Origin: Phallusia mammillata | Taxonomy: Eukaryota | Assembly: GCA_965637545.1 (NCBI GenBank) | Contig: OZ281498.1 | Span: 13,640,001-13,704,000, forward strand | DNA length: 64,000 nt | Direction of reading: 5' to 3' | Shown: one piece after another, positions 38,001 through 48,515 of the stretch | Layout of the letters: every line of letters starts with the position of its first letter | Position numbering within the stretch: position 1 is the first letter of the stretch | Translations under genes and position numbers: made by a program | Notes under the pieces: generated by a model | The model's input: only the letters and a program-made list of their open reading frames with translations | Databases searched by the model: none | Told to the model about the DNA's origin: nothing

Positions 38001-41000
38001 GGGCCGGCAAGCCCGGGTAATCCAATAGAACCTAAATGTGACACAAATAGGTGAGGTTGTGCAAATAACCACTCTTGTCTGTTACGTAAACAGCTTATAA
38101 TGTACGTCCATCAACAATATGTTACCAATCGTCTGCTAAAAAGTAACATTCCTTGCTTTTACAAAGCAAACTTTCAAGGCGGTAAGCAAATGTTTGATGC
38201 CAAAAAAGCAACCGATTAAACAGCAATGTATTGTGAACACATACCTGTTTCGCCAGACAGACCCGGTAAACCACGTTCACCCTTCATTCCCTTCACTGAG
38301 AGTCCTCGCGGCCCGGGTGAGCCCTTTTGTCCAGGTTCGCCCTGTAAGCCTTGTGGACCAGTTTCTCCCGTTTCTCCGATTAGACCAGGAAGTCCCTGGT
38401 AATGCGTAAAAAAACAATTGGCGTTTGTATGAAGTGAAAAATTGTTTAAATTGAAAGACAAACCTCTTGTCCTGGTGGACCAGGTTCTCCAGGTTCGCCA
38501 GTAAATCCCAAACTTCCAGGACGACCTGGGGGTCCAGCAACAGACTCACCAGAAAATCCTCTAGGTCCTGGTTGACCAGGAAGACCATCAACACCAGCTT
38601 CACCCTGTCTGCCAGATGTCCCGGTTTCTCCAGGTAAACCATTCAGACCTAAAATAAATTCTGCCTGTTAGGGAAATTCAATGACTTTTACCCGACCCGC
38701 CAGGAATTAAAAAATCTTACCTGACTCGCCAGGAGGTCCGGCTGCTCCAGGCGATCCAGCGTCTCCGCGCTCACCGGTTGCACCTTTCATTCCACGAAGT
38801 CCGAAAGCACCTGTTGGCCCCGGGCTTCCTTTGTCACCTTTAACACCTGGCTCTCCGTTAAAACCCGGTTGCCCTGGAAGTCCGTCATCACCCTGTAAGC
38901 CTGGCTGACCATCTAAGCCATCTCGACCCTGTTGGAAAGAAACACGTATTTATTTATTTTTTGGCTTTAGAAAACCCAGCGCTTATGAGTTATGCGCATT
39001 TTTCGCACTGACCGCATCAAAATATAACCAAGTTTTTTGTGCATAAATGGTCACAGAAAAAAACATGTTTTAAAACTGAAAAGAAAAAAGCTAGTAAACT
39101 TACAGATAGTCCCGGTCGCCCAGGTTGACCTGGAACTTGACTTGCTTCTCCCTTTTCACCGATAGGACCAATTGGTCCAAGTCCACCAGGTCGACCGCTG
39201 GTTCCCCTCTCACCCCGTGCACCATCCCTTCCAGCAACACCAGGCATCCCAATTTCTCCTTTTACTCCCTTTTCACCTAAACAAATAAAGGATACATAAT
39301 GTGCAAGTACTTTATATGGAATTACTGCCAGACAGTTGTACTTCACTAACCTGAGAATCCATCATTGCCCTGCAATCCATCAAGTCCAGGTTGTCCAGGA
39401 ACACCTTGAACCCCTTTCTCTCCACTCAAACCCCTGGCTCCTTTTAATCCAGGAAGACCCTCCAAACCGTCGTCACCAGAAAAACCAGGCAATCCAGGCT
39501 CACCTTTAACAAGTTAAAGTTTAAGCTTATCAAATCACTTGAACATGTTTCCAAATCAACTGTACCTTTTTGTCCCTTTGTTCCGTTGGAAACCAAGTTA
39601 GCAGCAATCTCTGCCGGCTCACCCTTCTGTCCAAGCGCACCTGGGAACCCGATCAAACCTCTTGTACCTGGAAGCCCTTGAGGTCCCGGAAGTCCATCTT
39701 TACCATGATTACCTGGCGCCCCCGTTTCGCCATTCAACCCGGGAAGACCTTAAAAACAGAAACCGGATTTTAAGACTTCTTAGGAACAAAAATCTTCTAG
39801 GATGGTTTGCAATCGAACATACCATTTCGGCCGCGGATTCCAGGGGTTCCCTTGTCCCCTGTCATGCCCTTTTCACCAGGCAAACCATCGTTGCCGTCAA
39901 CCCCATCTACACCAGGAAATCCCGGAGCACCCATTTCACCCCTGATTCCGACAGGTCCTTCTCTACCAGTCTCACCTTGTTCACCTTTCATTCCCTGAAT
40001 GTCATCACCGGGAGGTCCAGGTTCGCCCTGGAAGCCAGGCTGACCAGGTTTACCTGAGAAAAAAGATATCTGAAAGCTTGATCTTGGCTAGCAGATAAAA
40101 CTACTCTATGTTGAAGGAAAGTAAAATAAATTAATACCGATCTCTCCAATGAAACCTCTTGGTCCTGGAGTTCCTTGTGGTCCAAGCAACGCATCGCCGG
40201 GTTCTCCCTTCTGTCCAGTTATACCAGTACGTCCGATGGGTCCATCGTCGCCTACATATTTTATATTATTTAAATAACTTTTTGTTTTTTTTTCAAAAAA
40301 AAACAATGAAATAGCTAACAAATAGACATACCGTCTTGTCCAGATTTGCCAGGTGGTCCAATGGGTCCTTGTGGTCCTTGTCGTCCGGTTCGGCCGCGTT
40401 CTCCTTGTTGCCCTACAGGGCCCGGTTCTCCATTTTCTCCGATGCGTCCGTTGGCCCCAGGATAACCAACTCCAGTGTCGCCCTAAAACATGCAATCAAA
40501 CATATTTTATGCAACAACATTGCAAACATATTTCAATCAAAGGTTACGAATATTGTACCTTTTCGCCCGGCAATCCATCCATACCATTTATACCATCCTG
40601 GCCAGGTGGTCCTTGATCACCCGGAAAACCAGGACTGCCTTGTGGACCCGGAAGTCCCTTAGCACCAGTCATGCCACGGACACTTCGGCCCATCGGACCA
40701 GGGAGACCGGGAACACCCTTTTCACCAGCAAAGCCAGATTCTCCAGGATAGCCAATAGCACCTGCAGCATTATCAGAAATATACCATTAACTTACGCAAA
40801 TAGAGCTACTGTTTTTGTTGAAAGTACATACCGTCGTCACCGCGCTCTCCAGGGGTCCCAGGGAGACCAATATTACCCTGAGCACCTTTTTCGCCCTTGT
40901 CCCCGGCGATCGTGATAGCCAAAGTGGGCTCTCCCTTTTGCCCTGCACAAAACCAAAACTTTTTAGACAAATTAGTTTGTGCGGCAATTGTTTTACAAGC

Positions 41001-44000
41001 CTTGCAGTGTAATACCAAAACCTAGTGAAAACAAAAGTTAAAACCAGACAAATTACCTCGCTGTCCAGGAAATCCAATATCACCGGCTTCTCCTGGTTCG
41101 CCACGAATTCCCGGCTCTCCCGTTTCGCCAGGTAAGTCTCGACCATTCAGACCGGGAGCTCCACTTGGACCAGTGTTACCAGTTTCACCAGGAGGACCTT
41201 GTAAACCGGGCCCACCGATTTCTCCTTTCTGTCCTTTCTGGCCAAATTCCCCATCAATTCCACTTCTAAAATCGAGGTTTAGAAAAGAAAATGTAAATAA
41301 GAACTTATCACAACAAGTGCAACATTAAGCAGCCAAAACACAGTCCAAAAAACGAATGTTATACCTTCCAGGAGGACCATTGAAACCGGGGCTCCCAGGT
41401 GGACCAGTAGGACCAGTTAGACCTCGTGCACCTTTGCTCCTAATGATTGTTAGTTCTCCCACTTCTCCTTTAGGTCCAGGAGCGCCAATCATGCCTTGCA
41501 GTCCAGGTCGTCCCTAAGCACAGTATTAAACAAAAATATTTACTTTTACCACCAAAGTTAACTTTTGTAGCATCATTGCCATCACTTCACCCAGTAATTT
41601 GTTACAGTATATTCGCCGTTACTTCTTTGTTCTGTTTACCTGTTCGCCAGTAAGTCCAGCAAAACCGGCAAATCCCTTTTGACCCTTTTCGCCTGGAGTT
41701 CCTTGTATACCCATTTCACCATGTCTTCCAGGCTCTCCTGTCTGCCCGATTTCGCCCCGTTCGCCCGGTGGTCCCTGTTCACAAAGTCCGCATTCTTCAC
41801 CTTTTATACCCTTTAGTCCTTGCTCGCCTAAAAAGTAGAAAAGGTTAACATTTTATTACTTCCTTTTTGTAATATTAACACAAAGCTAAGACGCCATGTG
41901 GCCAACTTAAACATACCGATCGTTCCAGGTTGCCCTGGTGAACCTGGCGTTCCTCGGGGTCCAGGTAAACCGGTATCTCCTGGAGTGACCATTTCCTTCA
42001 TGTCGTCACTTGTGATAAAGGCATCAAGTCCTGGTTCTCCTTTTGGTCCTTCTGGGCCTGGTTCACCAGGCCGTCCATTTTGTCCAGATCGGCCGTCTTC
42101 TCCTGGTGGACCTGTGACAGTTGCTCCTTGACTACCCTTTTCTCCGGCTGGTCCCGGTGGACCTTGAAAGCCATGACGACCAGGCAAGCCTAAAACGCGA
42201 ATATTTAGGTGTGGAAAATACAATTTCTTTCGTTTAATGTTTACCTGGCTTTCCAGATGGTCCAGGCTCCCCAGGCTGGCCGTCAAGCCCAAAGCCTGGC
42301 TGACCTGGTGGTCCTTGTTCACCCTGGGGACCTGGCAAACCAGCTTCACCCTTGATTCCATTGAGACCATTCATACCAGGAAAGCCCATCCCACCCTTAG
42401 GGCCAGGGCGGCCACGTTCACCAGGAGGACCTGTTTCACCAGAGCGCCCATTTTCACCCTGCAACAAAACAGATTTAAGTGGTTAAATCCTATTTTTGCA
42501 ATGGCATAGGATATAGTCAAACAACAAGCTACCGTCAACCCTGGTGGTCCAGGAGGTCCACTAATTCCTAACTCTCCTTTGGTTCCCTTTCCACCATTTG
42601 ATCCTGGATAGCCTTGAAAACCTCTGGAACCTTTTTCACCCTAAAAAGTATTGTAAAGTGGCATTACATTACAATCACAAATTTTTCTACAAAAAAAACA
42701 CAGACTAACAGGCAATCCATTGGTTCCTGGAGTACCCGGTTTTCCGACTTTTGTACTCTGCAAAAATTGACAGTTTTAACAAAATGATTGTGTGTTTTTC
42801 AGCTTTAGTTTTATATGGTAACAAACCTGAGGCCCAACAGGCCCACGCTCTCCTTTGCCACCTTTTTGCCCCTTAATGCCGGTTGCACCCTTTACAAAAG
42901 TAAGTGGTTACATACTTTCAGGTGGTAAATATTATTTCAAGAGAAACCAAAAATGTAGATTACTTACAGGGTCGCCAGTTTCTCCTCGGTAACCCTTTTC
43001 GCCAACTTCTCCCTTTTCACCCTTCAAAAGCATTAATTTAGATATCACCAAATTTAACTCCAAGTTATGGTTTAAGAATCACTTACGGGTCGGCCATCTG
43101 GACCTGGTGGACCCTGAAAATGAATCACATAAAGTTAGAGCAATTATAATTTCTGCTTTAAAACACAGCTCTTGTCTCTGTTTAATCTTAAAGAGTACTT
43201 TATTTTAGTTTTATGGATTTTTTTATTGATTTAATCTTTTATACTACAAACAAAATCAAAACATGATACAAACAAACCCCAAAGTTTGCCAAGAAAAATT
43301 AGAAAAAAAAGTTTTATTGTTCTTTTGAAACAACTAGTTGACTAGTTGTTCCCTTCCTCATATTTACCTGTCATGAAATTCATTTTTGCCCACTTACTTG
43401 TGGTTGGGTAATTTCACCCTGTGGAGGTCCACTACTTTCTTCAATACCTCCTGGGGGTCCAGGAATACCAGAATCTCCCTATTTGTTCGCACATAACATC
43501 AATGACCAAAGCAAATGTGCAAACAACAGAAACACAATTACTGACACTCTTGCCACAAAACATTTGTGGTACATTTTGCATGTAAATATTTGTAATTCAA
43601 AAATTTCTTTCAGACAGACAGAAAAAAATAATAATAATAATTTGTAAGAAAAAATTAGAGTGTCAGCATAGAAAGGTGTGTTTCTGTATGTTTTTACCCA
43701 CAGCAGAAACTGATCAATTTGGAATGAATAAGCCATCAAAATGAACCAATTACTGCTGTGGTTTAAAAAATACAAACCAGGTTGTCATTTCATCTTTTCC
43801 ATCTATTAGGTCTGTTTATAAGTTTGTCTTTGGGGTTTGTTTGCACATGCATATTAAGCTAGCATACAAAAGCCAGTTCACAGTTCACCCACAATGAAAT
43901 TTTCAATCCGGCCAGTTTGTGCATCTAGTTCTCCTGATCCTCCAGAGCTGCCTGCCAGACCTTGTTCGCCCTTCATTTTAAGCCATGCACAGAAGCAGCA

Positions 44001-47000
44001 GTATTTGCAGAAGCACAGGCAAACAAGGAAAGAAAACAACAACAAAGCCAATTAAACATGTTTTACTGTAAACTTACTGAATAATAAAAAGATATTTCAT
44101 TTAAATCATAAACAGTAATGGCGGAAAAGAACCAACAGACAAATTAAACAAAATGATTTTCATTTGCATAAAATTGTTTTGCAATACAAAGCAATAAATC
44201 AGATGAATTAAAGCATTGCTGTGAATGAAAGAATGTAGTGTATTATTGCCCATGATTAAGGAAAATATTTTTCACAGTATTGTTATTTATTAGGCACCAT
44301 TTAACACATGCAATAACATTCAATAAAATTTATTTAAGATGCATCTCTATACAATGAGGATAATGTGAAAATAGTTCAGCCAAAACAAACCCCAAATACC
44401 ATACATCTTAAGAAAAGTAATGACAATCTGTTTTGTTCACATCATATGTACAAAAATTAAAAAATGGGCTATTGGTAATAGATGTATATTATTAATAATA
44501 AAAAAAACATACCTTTTCTCCTTTTGCTCCTTGATATCCAACACCCATTTGACCCTGAAGGAACATATTTTATGAGGGATGTTCTCAATAAAATTAGGAA
44601 CATTAATAGTATATTTTCTATTTTATTTAAGATTAAAGCCAATAATTAGATTTCTATGGCATTAATGCCATATTTCTGCAGGCAGACAAACATACCCACT
44701 AAGAAATTTTGTTTTATTAAACATACCCAAAGCCAAAAAAATGTTATATTTCACAATAATTCTAGAACTTGACAACTTATATAGTGACATATAGTGAGCA
44801 ATCATTATGGCTGATGCATTTACTACTTTTATAAACAAACAATGTAATACTTTGGTCAAGTTGTGGAAAAAAATAAAAATAAAACAATCCCCCCAGAAAA
44901 TTGATCAAAACTAATAAAAAGAATGTTGTCAAAAATAAACTTACCTTTTCTCCAGACATGCCACGGGGACCAGGTTGACCCTAAAAACAAAGCATTTTTT
45001 AGCAAAAAATGTACAGAATTTAATCAAAAGTAATCAAGAATACATACAGGTGGTCCAGGTCTTCCATAGGGACCTTGTGGCCCAGGCAGCCCCATTTCAC
45101 CCTGCAGACCCTACCAAAAACAATAAAAAAACATGAAAGCTTCTCTGTCTACTAAAACGAAAAAAATAAAATACAGGAAAACTATACCTGTGGACCAGGC
45201 TTTCCGTCTTGGCCTGGTTCGCCTTTCTTGCCAGGCACGAGATTAATAACCTCACCAGGCTCACCCTGTCAACAAACAAGCCCAAAACATTTAACTCAAA
45301 AATACATATTAAAAAAATTACTTACCTTCATTCCTCGACCACCAGCTTTTCCAGGTCGACCACCAGCACCTTCGATTCCTGCAGGCCCAATTGGTCCCTT
45401 TTCACCCTGCAAACACAAAAGTTTAATTCACCCCTTTAGTTGTAAACATTATATGATAAAGTATTTTACCTTTGTACCGTTACATCCAGGGATACCTTGT
45501 TCTCCAGGTGGTCCCATTTGACCAGGTATACCCTAAAAGGTACAATAGATTATTTTACTGTCCAACAGATAATTATGTTGTTGCTTTTTATTTAACATAT
45601 TTACAAAAATATTTAACAAAAAAAAGAAAACAAATGCAAATTAACTTACTGGGATTCCAGGTGTTCCAGGATAGCCATGGGAGCCTTGAGAACCCTAAAG
45701 TAAAGTTATTTTAAGCAGGCTAAATGTGAAAAAAGTGTTTCTAATATCACTACTTACCCTTTCTCCTTTCATGCCTTGTTCCCCATCTTGACCAGTTTCA
45801 CCCTAAAAGAAACATAAATATAAAATGAAACAACACTGACAGTAATTGTTTATCATAAAACTGCTTACCACTGGCCCTCTGGGTCCAGGTGGACCCTCGG
45901 GTCCAGGAAATCCAGGAAGACCAGGTGGTCCATCCATTCCAGGATGTCCTCTAACTCCCTAAAATATACACTGGCTTTAGATAAGAGATTTTGTTTTCAG
46001 GCAAAAGGAACATACCCTATCTCCTTTGGAAGCATTGCAATATACTTTAGGTCCACCACAACCTCCATAACCTCCATACTTCGCAGACTAAAAAATAATA
46101 ATGTTAAAAATTAAACTAAAAAAATGAATCTTATCAAAAGCAATAAGTTGTTTCAAAAGACCTTTCAAACAGACTTCCGACACAGGGAAATACCCTAATG
46201 TGTAAAACAATCTGTAAACAAAGATTTATTTCTGAACAAGTCACCTGCTTAACATAAAAATCATTAAAATGTTTTATCTTCTTGAAAGTTTAACTGAATT
46301 AATTTGTCTTGAGTTTTGTTATCGATTACTTTACAATATAAAAAAAAACTTCGATGTTTTTTAATTGGTTTTAAATATATTTTTAGTGCCATTGCAATGA
46401 TAAGTGTGCCCACTTTTGCTAAACATATTCTAACAGGTGACGCAATTGCCATTTATACATCTTTGAATGGTTTGTGACTTTTACGGTGCAGGCATCCGCA
46501 TGTAACTACAAATTACCCTCAACTAGACCCAGATTTTACAAGCATCCTCAAACGTCACGACTAAAGTAGCCATTATTTATCGATAATCATGTTTAATTGA
46601 CCGGGTGTGGTGCTTATTCACACATGTAAATGTCAGCTAATCAACAACTTGTTTCCTGGCTATCTGTCGAACAGTCGCGTCTGGCGATTGCAACACAAAG
46701 GAGACATTGAACTTTCTCCTTCGGATTCGCACGAATCTATCTAACCGCCGACGTCTGGTTGGGCGTCCACCCAAATTAAACAAACGACAACCTACAATCA
46801 AAGTGTGGGTAAGGCCAACGTAGCTATTTCCTGATGATATGAGAAATACAATATGGCGATAACCAAGCTGTCGCCAAATGTAGCGCATAAAAATGGAAAA
46901 CTAATAACAGCATTGGTGAACTATAATTGTGGAACAATTTCCACCATTTAAAGTGTAATTAATGACATTAGTGTTGTCGCACAAATAGATGCGAATCCGA

Positions 47001-48515
47001 GTTTCCTGCAACAATCATGTCAACTCGTGGGAGGTCATCGGTGCAACGGTGGAAAAAAAGTAGACGAAGTGCCCTTCGGCGCAACACATTCTATGCGCCT
47101 ACCATGGAATAAATTGTACATAGGAATGTCATTAAAATCGGTCAACAAATCAGTTTGATAAGGAGAAGTCAGATTTTGAAAAAAGTTCAAACCAATGGCA
47201 CAGAAAACATAAAGCAGCAAAAATTACACCAAACTGCTACCGTTTAATTACCACCCTTTAAATTCGACACCCAACCGTTAGACGGGCGTAAGATAACAGC
47301 TAACAATTAAGTGACTTATAACTTTGTTATGGTTAAGAGGAGCCACGTTTTTGTAATCTTTGGTTAAGTGGCGAGTTAACAATTTTAAAAGAGCTTAACC
47401 GACAGGACATGTTTTATGTACACATATATATACACTTAGACAGGACTGTCTTTACCAACAAAAGCTTTTTTTCTTCAAAAGGCTAACGTTAAATCGTAAA
47501 CCAATTGTGTCCATTTGCTAAATCTATCCCCAGTAAAAGTCGGTGTGGGTCAATAACTTCTACTCGCTACTCGTTATTCACTAAGGCCATAAACCTATTA
47601 TTGGGTCGTTGACATTTCTATGATAACTTTACGATGGACCTTTCACAGGTCAATCCATACGAAAACGGCGATTAGTGACTGTCGTGGTCGCGAAGTGTTA
47701 ACTGCAACCTCGATTACATACCTGACACCAATGCAGATCGTATAAGCGCTCGTAACTCAGCTGTCCGAGGCACGCGCAACAACGTAGGGCCATAAATCGA
47801 GGGGATGCAATCGCACCACGACACATATAACGTCATAAATAAATAAATCGCATTCCGAGGAGCTGTAAAGTCGTGAAAAGATTGGGTGCGATGCTAATAA
47901 GGGGAAATTGACAATACAGGGGATTACGTGTTGACGACATGAGAACATTTGTTCCGCTTCCCACTGTGCGTAGCACCGTACTCGCGCATGTTAGAAGGCT
48001 GGTTAATACTTCGCGTACAGTGTGTCGACTCCTTCTGGTAGTAGGCAGACATGTGTGTTGGTGCGAAATTTCGATTCATTTTAAAAACATGCAATGTGGG
48101 TATGGCCCAAACAAGTCACTATTTGTCCCAATTTCGTCGCTGAAAATGAGGCTGTAAAGCTTACTGATATCAACACACTTTTCGCTCTGAGCAACGCTGT
48201 TTTTAGCACTAACACATACGTATTTTTGTAAACATGTCTATTGTGTTTATACTCAATCGCGCCATAAATGTGGAAGTTGTCGCATATGAACTGACATAGA
48301 TTTTACTGCCTATAAATTGCTCAAACACATATGTTATGTTAAAAACTGTACTGAATATTTATACTAGCATTAAACAAGTTCGTTAGGAGCATCTGCAACT
48401 TAAAAAATAACACAACCCAATTACTTACTTTTGCTGTTGTTGTACTTGACATGCAGATCAAAAGACATACCGTCACAACAGCCAAGGTTGCCAGACCGCC
48501 TTTTCCTGCCTCCAT
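35003..48515 (-). CDS. COL4A1: Collagen type IV alpha1-like chain, complete (~1788 aa with one of exons 12a/12b)
   Basis: Exons 48515-48429 (signal [29 protein letters not shown]), 46087-46016, 45958-45869, 45802-45758, 45694-45650, 45532-45470 (GCNGTK), 45406-45326, 45265-45188, 45110-45048, 44980-44945, 44554-44513, 43970-43893/43478-43398, 43113-43087, 43021-42968, 42889-42827, 42757-42710, 42640-42533, 42458-42245, 42189-41917, 41827-41640, 41513-41365, 41265-41057, 40942-40832, 40761-40559, 40482-40332, 40251-40138, 40053-39823, 39748-39566, 39503-39351, 39276-39104, 38928-38721, 38648-38464, 38395-38245, 38031-37898, 37823-37679, 37537-37310, 36952-36740, 36482-36333, 36081-35939, 35608-35436, 35204-35003. 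Interrupted Gly-X-Y throughout; NC1 is of alpha1 type ([20 protein letters not shown]). Confidence 0.97.
35132..36874 (-). other. COL4A1: NC1 domain of alpha1(IV): 12 Cys, sulfilimine Met/Lys pair and chloride-nest motif conserved
   Basis: [16 protein letters not shown]...[35 protein letters not shown]...[24 protein letters not shown](E) and TLK(A) align with the Met93 and Lys211 crosslink positions of vertebrate NC1; ASRND is retained. Start boundary is approximate. Confidence 0.9.
43269..43284 (-). promoter_or_regulatory. Putative downstream selector (pre-mRNA CUUUGGGGUUUGUUUG); pairing with the docking site loops out exon 12b
   Basis: Forward sequence caaacaaaccccaaag at 43269-43284; the helix extends further with G-U pairs and one bulge. 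Confidence 0.65.
43398..43478 (-). CDS. COL4A1: alpha1(IV) alternative exon 12b (81 nt, [27 protein letters not shown])
   Basis: caaatag|GGA GAT TCT GGT ATT CCT GGA CCC CCA GGA GGT...CCA CAA|gtaagt; phase 0/0; same layout as 12a. Confidence 0.85.
43828..43843 (-). promoter_or_regulatory. Putative RNA docking site (pre-mRNA 5'-CAAACAAACCCCAAAG-3') between exons 12a and 12b
   Basis: Perfect 16-nt complement of 43269-43284 and 14-nt complement of 44383-44396 on the same pre-mRNA. Confidence 0.7.
43893..43970 (-). CDS. COL4A1: alpha1(IV) alternative exon 12a (78 nt, [26 protein letters not shown])
   Basis: atgaag|GGC GAA CAA GGT CTG GCA GGC AGC TCT GGA GGA...TTC ATT|gtgggt; phase 0/0; Gly-X-Y triplets followed by an interruption; weak purine-rich acceptor. 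Confidence 0.7.
44383..44396 (-). promoter_or_regulatory. Putative upstream selector (pre-mRNA UUUGGGGUUUGUUU); pairing with the docking site loops out exon 12a
   Basis: Forward sequence aaacaaaccccaaa at 44383-44396. Confidence 0.6.

Noticed and set aside
37467-40844. Three RGD triplets in alpha1(IV) (37467, 38761, 40836) and one in alpha2 (~61232)
   Set aside because: Common in Gly-X-Y sequence and cryptic within the triple helix.
44655-44672. 18-bp palindrome TATGGCATTAATGCCATA
   Set aside because: Isolated, with no associated feature.
37322-45714. Pro/Ser-rich plus-strand ORFs (e.g. 37651, 39807, 40353, 41898, 45228) and the analogous minus-strand ORFs over 59578-63007
   Set aside because: Antisense shadows of Gly-X-Y collagen exons.
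47140-47240. Hydrophobic frame [12 protein letters not shown] as a possible alpha1 signal exon
   Set aside because: Poor acceptor and no phase-0 donor; exon 48515-48429 already gives a complete signal peptide with a gtaagt donor.
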